Assembly (NCBI GenBank): GCA_946965045.2
Contig: OX337229.1
Span: 3,100,001 to 3,164,000 of the forward strand
Origin: Epithemia pelagica
Taxonomy: Eukaryota > Protista > Bacillariophyta
DNA: 64,000 nt
Reading direction: 5' to 3'
Notes under the pieces: generated by a model
What the model was told of the DNA's origin: nothing
The model's input: the letters and a program-made list of their open reading frames with translations, nothing else
Database searches by the model: none
Part shown: piece after piece, positions 18,063 through 28,010 of the stretch
How positions within the stretch are numbered: the first letter of the stretch is position 1
Layout of the letters: each line of letters begins with the position of its first letter
Made by a program: the position numbers and the translations under genes

Positions 18063-19802
18063 ATGTCCGTTGTTGCTGCTGCTGCTGCTGCTGTTGCTGC
18101 TAAAGCAATGAATGTAGATGACCCAACTCCAGAGCAATCGAGAGCTGCGTTGCTGCTCAATTGCGAGTACCCCGAAAATGCGAGGGAGGCTCTGGATAAA
18201 ATCACGATAGAGAACTCCATGATGCTATCAAGAGAATTACAGTTCTTGAAGGAATTGAGGCCCTTGCAACCACAGCAGTCTGTTGAGGCGGCCTGCGGAA
18301 TCACTCTCTACTCACTGGTGAATTATCCAGCAAAAAATGTTCTAGTACTCAGGCAGAGAGCTTCAAACCTTTACTTTGAGCGTGATTTCTATGCAAATTT
18401 GTACGATGAGATAATTAAATTATGGAAAGACGACGAAAACACGACGATGAGGAAGATTATTCTGTCAGGCAATGCTGGAGTTGGAAAGTCCTGGTATCAA
18501 GTTTACCTGCTGCGCCGCCTCTTGTCGGAAACATCAGAGGACCGGCTGTTCCGATTTGTTGTCCGCCAGGTTGGGAAAGATTTCTACCTCATGGACCTGG
18601 ATACGTGTTCGGGTTTCACTTTGAGTGGTCAGGAGAGGGATATCAGACTACTACTGAGTGAGCACGGCGGCATTCTTTACTTGTACGAACCGGGTCTGGA
18701 GGTGAATCAACCACCGCTGCTTGCAGAAGCGCCATGTTTGTCCACATTGTCACCACGCAAGAATCGGATCAAGGAATACCTGAAAGAAGAGCCGCATCAG
18801 CTGTACATGCCAGTAGGGGAATACAACGAATTGAAGTACATTGCCGAGGAAGAGAAGTTGGATTTGGAAGTTTTGGAAAGAAATTTTGAGATTTTCGGAG
18901 GGATTTTCCGATACTCGTTGATTCGAATGGAGCGGCAGCTTGAAGAGAAAACAAAAATGGTAAACGCACGATGCGACAAAGTCTCTGCGGATATGCTGCG
19001 TTCAATTGCAACTGATATTGACGACGATCCGCAATCAACACTAGAGGGAAACATAAGTGGTTTCATCTTATCTTACACTGATATTCGGAGGGATGGGAAT
19101 CAAGCTTTCTGGTCACCGAGTCTTACGATGACAAGCGACTATGTTCGGCAGAGAATAATGAATAAGATGAGCCTCACATCTTATCATCAACATCTTGCAA
19201 TGTTGGCAAAGGTCCTCAAACACGAATCTGCAGATCTCACTGGAAAGGACCTCGAAGAATCTGTTGTTCACATGTTGTCAGCCGGCCCCGCGACGGTGGG
19301 ATGGCAGTACCAAGGAGTTTCAGGCGAGCCCAATACAAGTATAAAGCGCCTAGGACATACGAAGCGAAAAATCACTCGAGGTGCATTTAATCTTGCCTTG
19401 GTAAACTATCCAAGTGACACAAGCTATCCTCTTACCGACTGTGTCTTGGTAATTGACCAGGTTTATTGGGCTTTTCAGACCACGTGGCAGTATGATCACG
19501 CTTTCAAGCTTCGCACTTTGCGATCCTTTCGGGACGGGTTAAGTCTCCCCATTGACAAAACTCTGAACATTCTATTTGTGAATCCTAGATACAATGGGGT
19601 GTATGCGACTCGTCACAGAGACAAATATCTGGCTAAAGGTGAAGACCCAGGCAAACCCATTTTGGACAACAAAAAGCGTGTCCTGATGACAGCGCAGGAC
19701 GTTGTCACGATGTGGGAAAATACGCGAATCTTTGTTGCATTCCCAAATGATAGAGACTGGCATCAGGCGATCAGCAGTGCATTGAACGTCACAGTGCGTT
19801 GA
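18063..19802 (+). CDS. Crinkler/RHS-type P-loop NTPase with C-terminal REase-like domain
   Basis: Walker A LSGNAGVGKSW; YLYEPG; LSPRKNRIKEYLK; LYMPV..YNEL; FEIFGGIFRY; C-terminal YPSDTSYPLTD and AFQTT...H, as in RHS/CRN proteins; poly-Ala N-terminus. Confidence 0.75.
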   Translation: MSVVAAAAAAVAAKAMNVDDPTPEQSRAALLLNCEYPENAREALDKITIENSMMLSRELQFLKELRPLQPQQSVEAACGITLYSLVNYPAKNVLVLRQRASNLYFERDFYANLYDEIIKLWKDDENTTMRKIILSGNAGVGKSWYQVYLLRRLLSETSEDRLFRFVVRQVGKDFYLMDLDTCSGFTLSGQERDIRLLLSEHGGILYLYEPGLEVNQPPLLAEAPCLSTLSPRKNRIKEYLKEEPHQLYMPVGEYNELKYIAEEEKLDLEVLERNFEIFGGIFRYSLIRMERQLEEKTKMVNARCDKVSADMLRSIATDIDDDPQSTLEGNISGFILSYTDIRRDGNQAFWSPSLTMTSDYVRQRIMNKMSLTSYHQHLAMLAKVLKHESADLTGKDLEESVVHMLSAGPATVGWQYQGVSGEPNTSIKRLGHTKRKITRGAFNLALVNYPSDTSYPLTDCVLVIDQVYWAFQTTWQYDHAFKLRTLRSFRDGLSLPIDKTLNILFVNPRYNGVYATRHRDKYLAKGEDPGKPILDNKKRVLMTAQDVVTMWENTRIFVAFPNDRDWHQAISSALNVTVR

Positions 19803-20141
19803 ACATCACTTTTTGAGAACAAAGCTTAGAACACCAGATCAAATTCTATCCCTATCGTATTGAATAGTTCAAAATGCACCGCGACCAAAAAGTGCGAACA
19901 ACGGCAGGTGAAGAAACGAGTAAAGCCAACACGGATTCGGTGGCGGTCCTCTCGGAAATTAGTTGTTTGGATGCGAAAGGTGCCATCGTCATGGCCTTGT
20001 ACTATCCTCCCAACGACAGACAAAAAGTATTCCTCCGTCCGCATGTTTTGCAAGGGTCGACTTTGAGCGAGATCTGTCCCAGCACGCCCGCTACAGTACC
20101 CTCACCAGAGAAGCAAAGAGAAAGATTCAAATGAATCTAGT

Positions 20142-21720
20142 ATTACAGGAATCCTCCATTCTGAAATGCGATTGCTCATCCGTCATGGTTCGCTATCCTT
20201 CTGTGTTTCTTGGACGGTTGCTGTCAAGACTTGGTTCCCCCACCAGGGTGTCCGTGCTCTGGCACGAATGCCTCCAAATAAAATGGCATGCGCTTGCAAT
20301 CCAATCGGTTCCAAGGGGACTTTCGCCATCGCCAGAGCTTGGTCCATCATATCCTCTTGATCTTGGTCAGCACTCAGCCGGTCCAAGGTCAGTCCAGCCA
20401 TGGGTTCGTACAAAGAGTCGCGAATAATGGGACATCCCAGTGCTGCCAATTGAGCTCGAACTTGATGCTTCCGACCAGTAACCAGACGAATAGTGGACTG
20501 GTAGTGCACTTGGGACGGTGTTTGTGGGATGTATCCATGTCCATCGCGTTGTGCATCAATACTTATGGGTTCGCACTTGACAACCTCCAAGATACAGCGA
20601 TGCCAAAATTCGCGTGCCTTGCGTCGAGACTCGGGCGGCGAAAAGCTAACCAATTGACAGGGCGGGCCACCGGATTTGCCTCTGGCTGACTGTGGAGCCC
20701 ACATCCAATGTAAATGCTTGCCCAAGGGAACTGGTTTGGTCGTGACGGCCAAATACACCTTGCGCAGTTTTCGATCTCGCTGCAAGGCAGCAAAAACTTT
20801 TTGTCCATTGCGATCCTTACTCAAAACCACACAACCTCCCACACAGGAATCAACACGATGACACAAAAGCGGCCTAGCAATCAATCTTCCTTGTATATCA
20901 GTGAATGGTCCCATGCGGTCTTGAACACATCCTGGACAACATTCATAGTAGTTGGATGAATCGGGCTGCGTTGGGAGCATGGGCGGTTTATCCACCACAA
21001 GAAATGTTGTGTCTTCATACAGTAAGTTGTCCTCTCTCGTCATCTCCTGGCATGAAGGAAATCGTCGAGGAAAAGGATAAACTCGAATGTCTGTTCCGGC
21101 TTCAATCCAACTGGGAGATAAGATACGTCGAAAACGCTGACTTTCTAATTGTTCAATGTATTGCTCCAATTCTCCGTCATCGCTTTCTTCGTCCATAGTA
21201 TCAAAACTTCCATCCCCACTGCCTTGGTGAATACCTTGTAAGTCTGCATAGAGAGCGCGACTGCTGCTTCCCATATCGTCGTCATCGTCGTACAAGGACA
21301 AGAGTTCCTCTTCCGACAAGGCATCCATTTTGGCCCAAACGGCTCCAATAGCAATCAAATCATTTGCTTCTTGTAGCGACAGTGTGGCGGTAGCTGTGGC
21401 CGTAGTGTTTTGGAGAAGCTGAACGAGGGCTTCATTCAAGGGTCCAGAACGACGGGTGACACCTTTGACACAATAGGTGCCTATCCGACGAAAGGCAGGA
21501 ACTGATGTATTGTTGGATCCCATGTCCATGACTTCCAGACCAGGACTTTCATTCACATTGGAGACAGCATTCAATTCCGACCACGAATATGAGAAGGACA
21601 ACACGGTTCTGGTTCGTATTCGGATGGGGAACGAACCCGAGAAACAAAAGGAAGAAGCAATCTGTTCATAGTATAATGCCAGTACGATCCATAATCTCAT
21701 CTTTACTCTTGTGCCGTGAT
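20142..21720. repeat. Direct segmental duplication, copy 2 (1,579 bp)
   Basis: Same length as and colinear with 9127-10705. Confidence 0.95.
20183..21700 (-). CDS. RluA-family pseudouridine synthase, probably plastid-targeted (canonical copy)
   Basis: Same motifs as copy 1 but with canonical TGRKHQVR; ATG at 21700 begins a signal peptide (MRLWIVLALYYEQIASS-F); keeps its upstream intergenic region. Confidence 0.9.
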   Translation of the reverse strand: MRLWIVLALYYEQIASSFCFSGSFPIRIRTRTVLSFSYSWSELNAVSNVNESPGLEVMDMGSNNTSVPAFRRIGTYCVKGVTRRSGPLNEALVQLLQNTTATATATLSLQEANDLIAIGAVWAKMDALSEEELLSLYDDDDDMGSSSRALYADLQGIHQGSGDGSFDTMDEESDDGELEQYIEQLESQRFRRILSPSWIEAGTDIRVYPFPRRFPSCQEMTREDNLLYEDTTFLVVDKPPMLPTQPDSSNYYECCPGCVQDRMGPFTDIQGRLIARPLLCHRVDSCVGGCVVLSKDRNGQKVFAALQRDRKLRKVYLAVTTKPVPLGKHLHWMWAPQSARGKSGGPPCQLVSFSPPESRRKAREFWHRCILEVVKCEPISIDAQRDGHGYIPQTPSQVHYQSTIRLVTGRKHQVRAQLAALGCPIIRDSLYEPMAGLTLDRLSADQDQEDMMDQALAMAKVPLEPIGLQAHAILFGGIRARARTPWWGNQVLTATVQETQKDSEP

Positions 21721-22042
21721 TGTCGATGGAGCAATGCAACACCATCTATTCTGACAAACGGATCTTTAATGGTGATCGGTCTCATCGTGGCTCGTGACTC
21801 GTGACCATCAAACGGCGCGATTGGATGGAGTGGGTGAAATGCTGGGGGACGTACAGACGGTGAAGAGTGATTGAGGTGACGTCAGATTGAACTTTTTTGA
21901 AACAATTGTCGTTTGTCGCGTCTTCATCATCCGATCAAGATCAACGCAATTGACTTTTGACATTTGACACCCAACATCATTGGCCTCCATTGAGACTTGG
22001 ACAACGTCGCGAGGGAAGCAGAGGGGAAGCGCTTGATCCATC

Positions 22043-23569
22043 ATGTCATCGACCAGTCGTGGGTTTGGCCTTTCGGCTGTCGTCTTTGTGTTTGTCTTGT
22101 ACGGAGACTTGGCTCATTGCTTTTCAACTACGAATACCCTTCCATCATCAGCCTCACAAGGACCGAATGTTCTTCGTTCACCCTCCTCGCCCTACGCAAG
22201 TCGCCTCCGGTCATCGAGCGGTGAAAGCAATCTAGGGGGCGAAGAAGATGAGATATCAAAGCTAATTGGTCGTCGTGGACAAATTAAAAGGAAAAAGAAA
22301 GAACCGGAAGTGGATGATCTTCCGTTGGAACCGGTGGTTGATTTAGACTTGGACAAATTACCAGAATTCAAAACTGAGCGACCGGTAAGACGAGCAAAAA
22401 AAGAGGAAGATGACGGAGAGAGCGATGGGAGTAAAGAGGGAGACAAGTCCTCAAAGCCAGGAGCCGATGTACCCATTGTGGATTTCAAAGCCGATTACGA
22501 AGACGAAAACGAATTACACATTCCAAATCGCCTCGTTGTGTCAACGTGCAGTTGGGGTGATACTAGTCGCAACTTTGTGGCGTCGGGAAAGTTAACCAAG
22601 CGCATGCTCAAGGAAGGAAAATTTGTGCCCGGTGATCTGCAGTTGGCCCACGCGAAACTCTTGGAAGCTGGCATCACCTTCTTGGAAACGTCACCGGCCT
22701 ATGGCAAAATGTCAAAAAGCAGTCGACTGTCAGCCGAACACATTGTCCAACGATGTGTAGATGAATCTCCCAAGGAGCTTCCAGAGTCTGTCATTATTGA
22801 AAGTTTGGGAACTTCTTCCTGGCTGAAACTAACACCCGCTCGCATCGTTCAGTCTCTCTACGATTCGGTTGAGCTCATGGGGACGTCCTCCGTCGAACTC
22901 TTCCAGGTTCCCAAATCCTTCTTTTATCCCTCCGCTCTTGTGGTTCGTTCCTTGGCTGCCGCCATTGAGTCGGGATGTTGTAACTACGTTGGGGTTCAGG
23001 GCGTTACCAGTCGATCAGGTCTGGCAAAGATTCGCAACAAACTCGATGACCAGGACATGACATTGACATCAAATGCTTTTGAATTCTCATTGACGAATCG
23101 TAAAGCTGAAGCGATGTTTGATGTATGCAAAGAAATGAATGTTATTCCCTTGGTGTTGAATCCCTTGGACAACGGATTGGCCTCAGGCGTCTACACAGCA
23201 ACCAATCCATCCGGTGGACAGACCTCTTCATCAAGTCGGAGCAAATTCTCCTTCAAGCAATTGGAAAAATTGCAGCCCTTACATTCGGTTCAAGAGTCAG
23301 TGGCAGAACGCGTCCAAACAAGGGTGAAACGAGATCTTCGGGAACTGCAAGATCGTTTCCGACCACGGTATGGACCCCCTCCCAAAATCAATACGGATAT
23401 CACAACCACCCAGGTGGCAATCAACTATGTGATTGCGAAAGGTGGAGTACCAGTGGTTGAAGTAAATAGTCCCAAAGATGCGGAGGAATTGGCTGGATCT
23501 ATTGGTTGGACACTGACTGATGAAGAGGTGGATCGACTGGATGCAGCGGCGGCATTGTGTAAACTGTAA
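22043..23569 (+). CDS. Aldo/keto-reductase-fold protein, probably plastid-targeted, catalytic tetrad degenerate
   Basis: TFLETSPAYG, ELFQVP, YVGV, NAFEFSL, NPLDNGLASG, TQVAINYVIAKG..PV, IGWTLTDEEV; signal peptide LAHC-F. Confidence 0.8.
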   Translation: MSSTSRGFGLSAVVFVFVLYGDLAHCFSTTNTLPSSASQGPNVLRSPSSPYASRLRSSSGESNLGGEEDEISKLIGRRGQIKRKKKEPEVDDLPLEPVVDLDLDKLPEFKTERPVRRAKKEEDDGESDGSKEGDKSSKPGADVPIVDFKADYEDENELHIPNRLVVSTCSWGDTSRNFVASGKLTKRMLKEGKFVPGDLQLAHAKLLEAGITFLETSPAYGKMSKSSRLSAEHIVQRCVDESPKELPESVIIESLGTSSWLKLTPARIVQSLYDSVELMGTSSVELFQVPKSFFYPSALVVRSLAAAIESGCCNYVGVQGVTSRSGLAKIRNKLDDQDMTLTSNAFEFSLTNRKAEAMFDVCKEMNVIPLVLNPLDNGLASGVYTATNPSGGQTSSSSRSKFSFKQLEKLQPLHSVQESVAERVQTRVKRDLRELQDRFRPRYGPPPKINTDITTTQVAINYVIAKGGVPVVEVNSPKDAEELAGSIGWTLTDEEVDRLDAAAALCKL

Positions 23570-23834
23570 TCTACGATCCCAGGTTTTCCCGGTATGTGCC
23601 CCACAGTTAACGAGTATGTAGAGGGATTAAAACGAATGTTACGGAAACTGAAATCACAGTGACATATCTTCCTGAATTCCAGATTTACGTGGTACCTCTT
23701 TGAATAATAGTATGCTTCTGTTGTAGCATGATTGGAATCAAGGAAAGGCCAGAACGAGGGATCCTGGAGGGACTGCCCAAGTTATTTCCGGGCCAGGACG
23801 TCACCACTTGACACATCATCTGTACAGGCTTTCA

Positions 23835-24176
23835 CTAAACCTTTTCCCTCTGGAAGTGTTTAGGATGTTTGTTGAAGCACTGGATTAATAGATCTGCTTC
23901 TGAAACACAAGATTCCATTGCGGCGGCCTTTCCTTTTTTGGCGTTTTCTTCAAAGTTGTCCCCACACTTATTCAGTCTCGCATACTCCTCTGAACAAGGA
24001 CCATTTTCGAACAAGTTCACCGTTCTATCGGTTCGTGTACCCTCTTCCTGTCCGACCGTCGCAGTCCCCGCGGATGGTGCTACATCGGGAACATCGAGAA
24101 ATACTTTCTCCTCTGCTGATGATCCTGTTGGTTCGCTTGCCGTAGGTGTAGCGGGTTTTGAGTCGGTCGATCCCAT
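23835..24176 (-). CDS. Twin CX9C (CHCH/GCK-like) mitochondrial intermembrane-space protein
   Basis: GPC-x9-C ... C-x9-C FNKHP in a 113-aa ORF. Confidence 0.75.
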   Translation of the reverse strand: MGSTDSKPATPTASEPTGSSAEEKVFLDVPDVAPSAGTATVGQEEGTRTDRTVNLFENGPCSEEYARLNKCGDNFEENAKKGKAAAMESCVSEADLLIQCFNKHPKHFQREKV

Positions 24177-24369
24177 ACCTTAATCTTTGGTAGAATGATG
24201 TTCACCCGTCCAAGACAACTTGATAACCACAATGATGCCGAATACCGACCGAAATCCAAAAGTTTGAAAAAGCCCCGCATCATCGATCATATTTGCTTTC
24301 GCGTTTTGGTCGCTATAAAGTACCAGTTTTTCTTGCAAACGCTTTAGATGTCATTTATATTTCACCAAA

Positions 24370-25614
24370 ATGGTTGAGGAGGATGGAAATGCTCGAAAGA
24401 GACCACTGCCGCAAAAAGGAAGCAATGGTGCAAAACAGGAAACCACCGTCTTGTCGGCGTCGCCTGAATCTACCATATCTGGTTCTTTGTGTGGTGGAAC
24501 CGCCCGTGGAGCGCTGTACACGATGAAAAAGTTGGGAGTTTCATCGACAATCTTTCATACTTTTGTGAAAAAGAAAGTCTATCTCTTGCTAGGGGCACAA
24601 CCGGCGATAACATCCGCTTATCCATCTCCCGTTGACCACCAATGGTGTGCTTCTCACCGTCTGCAATGGAGATCAACTTATCCAGGTCGTGCTGCAGGTA
24701 AGTCTGATTTCGAATCCCTCGAACTTTTGTCTGCTTCTCTCATTGATGATGATGGGAAATGTCGCGCTGGAACCCGGACAGAACTCGTCAAGGGAAGCCT
24801 TATTGGTATTGCTGTATTTGGTGTCTATGATATATTGATTCTTCGGAAGCTCGCGGAATTAGAGGTGAAAACGGGTTCAGGATCCACAAGGCGACCAATA
24901 ATAGTTGTGCCACAGTCTTCAAGATCCACTCAAGTGAAGAAAGATCGGGACATTGTCAAACTGGAGTCGATGTTCTCTTGGCATTTGGATCACCAGCTAC
25001 CCCTTTACATGCATGTTCAAGCAGGAGCCATGGCTGGCTTGATTCAATCGTTTGTTTTGGATGGATGGGAGATCAGTGAGTATCTTGCCCTTCATCATTG
25101 GCAGGCTGATTCCCGGAAATCACACTGGCACCACAGATTGAGAACTGTGAATGTGGAGCTTATCCTTCGTCGTGCTCTTCATCATTCGATTGGGTTCGCA
25201 ACGTTGTTTGGATGCTACGAATTGGTCAGATCGTCTTTATCCCAATCAACAATGGACTTTTTACGATTTAATTCCCACTCATGGATGGACCGGGTGGAGA
25301 CATGGAGTTTCATAACTCATAAACGGGATGGCATGACGAAATCTTACAATGTGACCTGCTTGCTAGTGGCAATCACATTTTTCGCTGGTGGTGTAGCTGG
25401 ACAAGCACATTTTGTTGTGAGCCATTATCTGCGACAATGGAAGATTGGTTCTCTGGCTATCAAAGCAGCTAGAAAGCAACATGCTTCGAAACTAAGGCAC
25501 ATTCATTGGAGGCCTTTGCTTGCCTCTTTCTTGCCCACAGGCCTAAGTTTTCTTGCTTTCCAATACGCTGGTGAGCTCACGGACCATTGGTTAAACTCGG
25601 CAACAGAAACGTAA
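24370..25614 (+). CDS. Membrane protein, degenerate mitochondrial-carrier-like
   Basis: Threefold repeat of Gly-rich helices (SGSLCGG, AGAMAG, AGGVAG), each followed by F/Y-rich helices (AVFGVYD, TLFGCYE, SFLAFQY); PxD/ExxK/R signatures not visible; exon structure uncertain. Confidence 0.5.
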   Translation: MVEEDGNARKRPLPQKGSNGAKQETTVLSASPESTISGSLCGGTARGALYTMKKLGVSSTIFHTFVKKKVYLLLGAQPAITSAYPSPVDHQWCASHRLQWRSTYPGRAAGKSDFESLELLSASLIDDDGKCRAGTRTELVKGSLIGIAVFGVYDILILRKLAELEVKTGSGSTRRPIIVVPQSSRSTQVKKDRDIVKLESMFSWHLDHQLPLYMHVQAGAMAGLIQSFVLDGWEISEYLALHHWQADSRKSHWHHRLRTVNVELILRRALHHSIGFATLFGCYELVRSSLSQSTMDFLRFNSHSWMDRVETWSFITHKRDGMTKSYNVTCLLVAITFFAGGVAGQAHFVVSHYLRQWKIGSLAIKAARKQHASKLRHIHWRPLLASFLPTGLSFLAFQYAGELTDHWLNSATET

Positions 25615-26857
25615 TGAAAACCATTCACACCCAGTGTTTCAATGGAGTGGACAAAACTACCGCGGGCAAAGACGTTTTACCTAGAGCATTGCGGAATTTA
25701 TACCTTCTCCCGTCGTATCCCGATATGATTGAAGGACGATGTGCATCTTGCGTACATGGCACCCCTGTAAGTTTTCTAGCCGCCATAGACATGGGAATGA
25801 TCCCGCTCAAGCTTAGAATAGTCAACGATCTATGTTTACATCATAATGTTGGCCATAATCTCTTCGTCTCTTTGGTGGACAAAGAGTCCCGGCTATGAAA
25901 CCCACAAATTCACAGGTCACTATGAGACGTTCGTGCCGCCAAAGAAGTCCTTCTTCGATCATAATGTTTATCGTGGCTCCGTGGGTTCAATAATGGGGGG
26001 ACGGTCGACGGGATGAAAATTTAGATTGACAACAGACGACCGGATGAGATTTTGTTCTGCCAAAAACGATCAAGACATTCGTTTCATGAAAGAAAATACT
26101 CCTCTGTTGCTTCTCTTTTTCTCGCAATTGTGGCAAGATTGGCATTTCGTGGCGAGGGGAATGCCGTGGGACTCTATGTCATACGTGTAGTCCCCAATAG
26201 AACTTGCGGTTTTTGCAGTCGCTTGTCTTGCATGAAGCAACTGATAACTGATCTAGAGTGTCTTTGTCTTTTTATGGCGACTGGGACTACGATTGGCTCA
26301 GGGGGGACACACACATACACATTGGTGGGAGACGAAAGACGAACCATGGATCAAATTTTGGATTTCTCGTTTTTGTCGGGTTGGGCGTGTTTTTTTCGTT
26401 ATGGGGTTTGAGACTCACGCGTTCAACCACTACGAACGGTGCCAAAATCGTGGTCTGAGAAGCCAATCGCCGATTTTGGGGGATGCCAACAGGATTTCGA
26501 AAAAAGCAAATTGTGAGCCGTTGGGTTCTTCTCGTAGTCTGAGTAGATCTTTCTGTACGCGCCGGACGACCTTCCCGCCTGTACCGTCACAAGAACGTTG
26601 CGATGATTCCCGCCACGCTCTCGCTTTTTTGAATCTCGCCACAAGAAATTTTTTGTCTGGTTCCCTCCGCCGACTTCGAGTGGTCTGCCTCTGTCTCCAC
26701 CCAACTCCCAACAGGCTTGACATTCATAATCCATGCCATTGGTCACCGACCTGGAACAGTCATCATATTTCTGAAAGAGCGCAAACCAGAAAGCGCCTTT
26801 CGTTTTACAGTCACCTCTCGAGTCAGTGCTTGATCTCGATACACTCAGCTGGTGATC

Positions 26858-27769
26858 ATGACGGTGGTGTCTTCCTTCACATTGTGTCCGCCATCATCCG
26901 ACAAATCCTTGCCGCATCATGTGATGGACATGAGTGGTGCATCACGGCTCCGCACCTGTCCTCCCAGCAAAAAGCGCAAAGAGATGACTTCATCGCCCAT
27001 GATGCAGGGTCCAACGTTCCATGTCATGGGCAGTGGGTACGGCATGCCAAGCTCTTACCAGGCGACGCCTTTCCACCCCCTGCCTCATCAACGACAAATG
27101 ATTTCGCCACTAAAGGTGGAAGAGTTTCAGAGACTGGACGGCAGAGCTCCATTACAGCCACAGCACCATCATTCTACCATCGACCCGAGCAATAACTGTG
27201 GCTGGTCTCGCCTGGCAGCGGATCCTCCAGTGTCGGAAATTCACATTCCCGCTGGTGGAACGGCCCAGGAACATGCTGCTGATGATCATGGAGATGACGA
27301 CATTAGCTGGATTCATGGCGAAAGTGGACCAGACAATGACTACGACGAACATTCCTTTGAACGCCTCGAATCCTGGAAGTCCATGTATTTTGTGGCCCAG
27401 AGAGACCTTCATGTGGCTCGAGCGGAATCGCAGGCCATTGTTGAAGAGAACAAGAGACTAAAGCGCCACCTCTTTGAGCTGCAACGGCGACTATACGAAA
27501 GCCAGCGGAAGCGCCAGCGACTTGCGAACGATATGTGGAAAGTTCCAGGTGCTCCGTCTCAGCCCGGTTTTGGACGTGACGATAGACTCACAAGTGATGC
27601 TACGAGAACTTTGAATCAAAAAGAACATTTGGAGAGAAGAAGTGCTCACAAGACACGGGTAGAACCTCAGCGACGTGTTCCCCGTGCAATTTCATCGGAG
27701 GAGTCCTCGTCATGTTGGGGAGACCTTTCAAAATCACCCAAATCGCAACATTTGTTGCCTGTCAAATAG
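26858..27769 (+). CDS. Hypothetical protein with central coiled coil
   Basis: Long ORF (start could be 26858, 26924 or 26930); heptad region ESQAIVEENKRLKRHLFELQRRLYE; no family recognised. Confidence 0.6.
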   Translation: MTVVSSFTLCPPSSDKSLPHHVMDMSGASRLRTCPPSKKRKEMTSSPMMQGPTFHVMGSGYGMPSSYQATPFHPLPHQRQMISPLKVEEFQRLDGRAPLQPQHHHSTIDPSNNCGWSRLAADPPVSEIHIPAGGTAQEHAADDHGDDDISWIHGESGPDNDYDEHSFERLESWKSMYFVAQRDLHVARAESQAIVEENKRLKRHLFELQRRLYESQRKRQRLANDMWKVPGAPSQPGFGRDDRLTSDATRTLNQKEHLERRSAHKTRVEPQRRVPRAISSEESSSCWGDLSKSPKSQHLLPVK

Positions 27770-28010
27770 GGTAATCATTGTAACTATATACAAGCCGCTT
27801 TTGTGAATGCTATACAGTTGGCAAACGGGAAAAACGAACTTATGAGTCGTCGGGATAAGACATAATATAAAATGCTTTCTGACTTGCAACAACCATCTCC
27901 TATCTATGTTTTGTCTTGAAAATGTTAATCTTTAAGAGGAAATAATCCATGTATGAAAAGCAAAAGATACTATCTTGTTCAGTCGTGTCCTATCAACGTT
28001 GCAACGATTT

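Noticed and set aside
17762-18304. 180-aa minus-strand ORF sharing its C-terminus with Pol
   Set aside because: It is a chance antisense frame of the CR gene running into the identical 5' LTR; at the pre-insertion site it would stop after VRP.
19874-20134. 86-aa ORF next to the right duplication junction
   Set aside because: It is short with no motif; it may be a fragment of the donor locus but cannot be supported.
26293-27195. 300-aa ORF overlapping the coiled-coil gene in another frame
   Set aside because: It has a TTG start, a composition rich in R/S/H/C typical of off-frame translation, and no recognisable domain.
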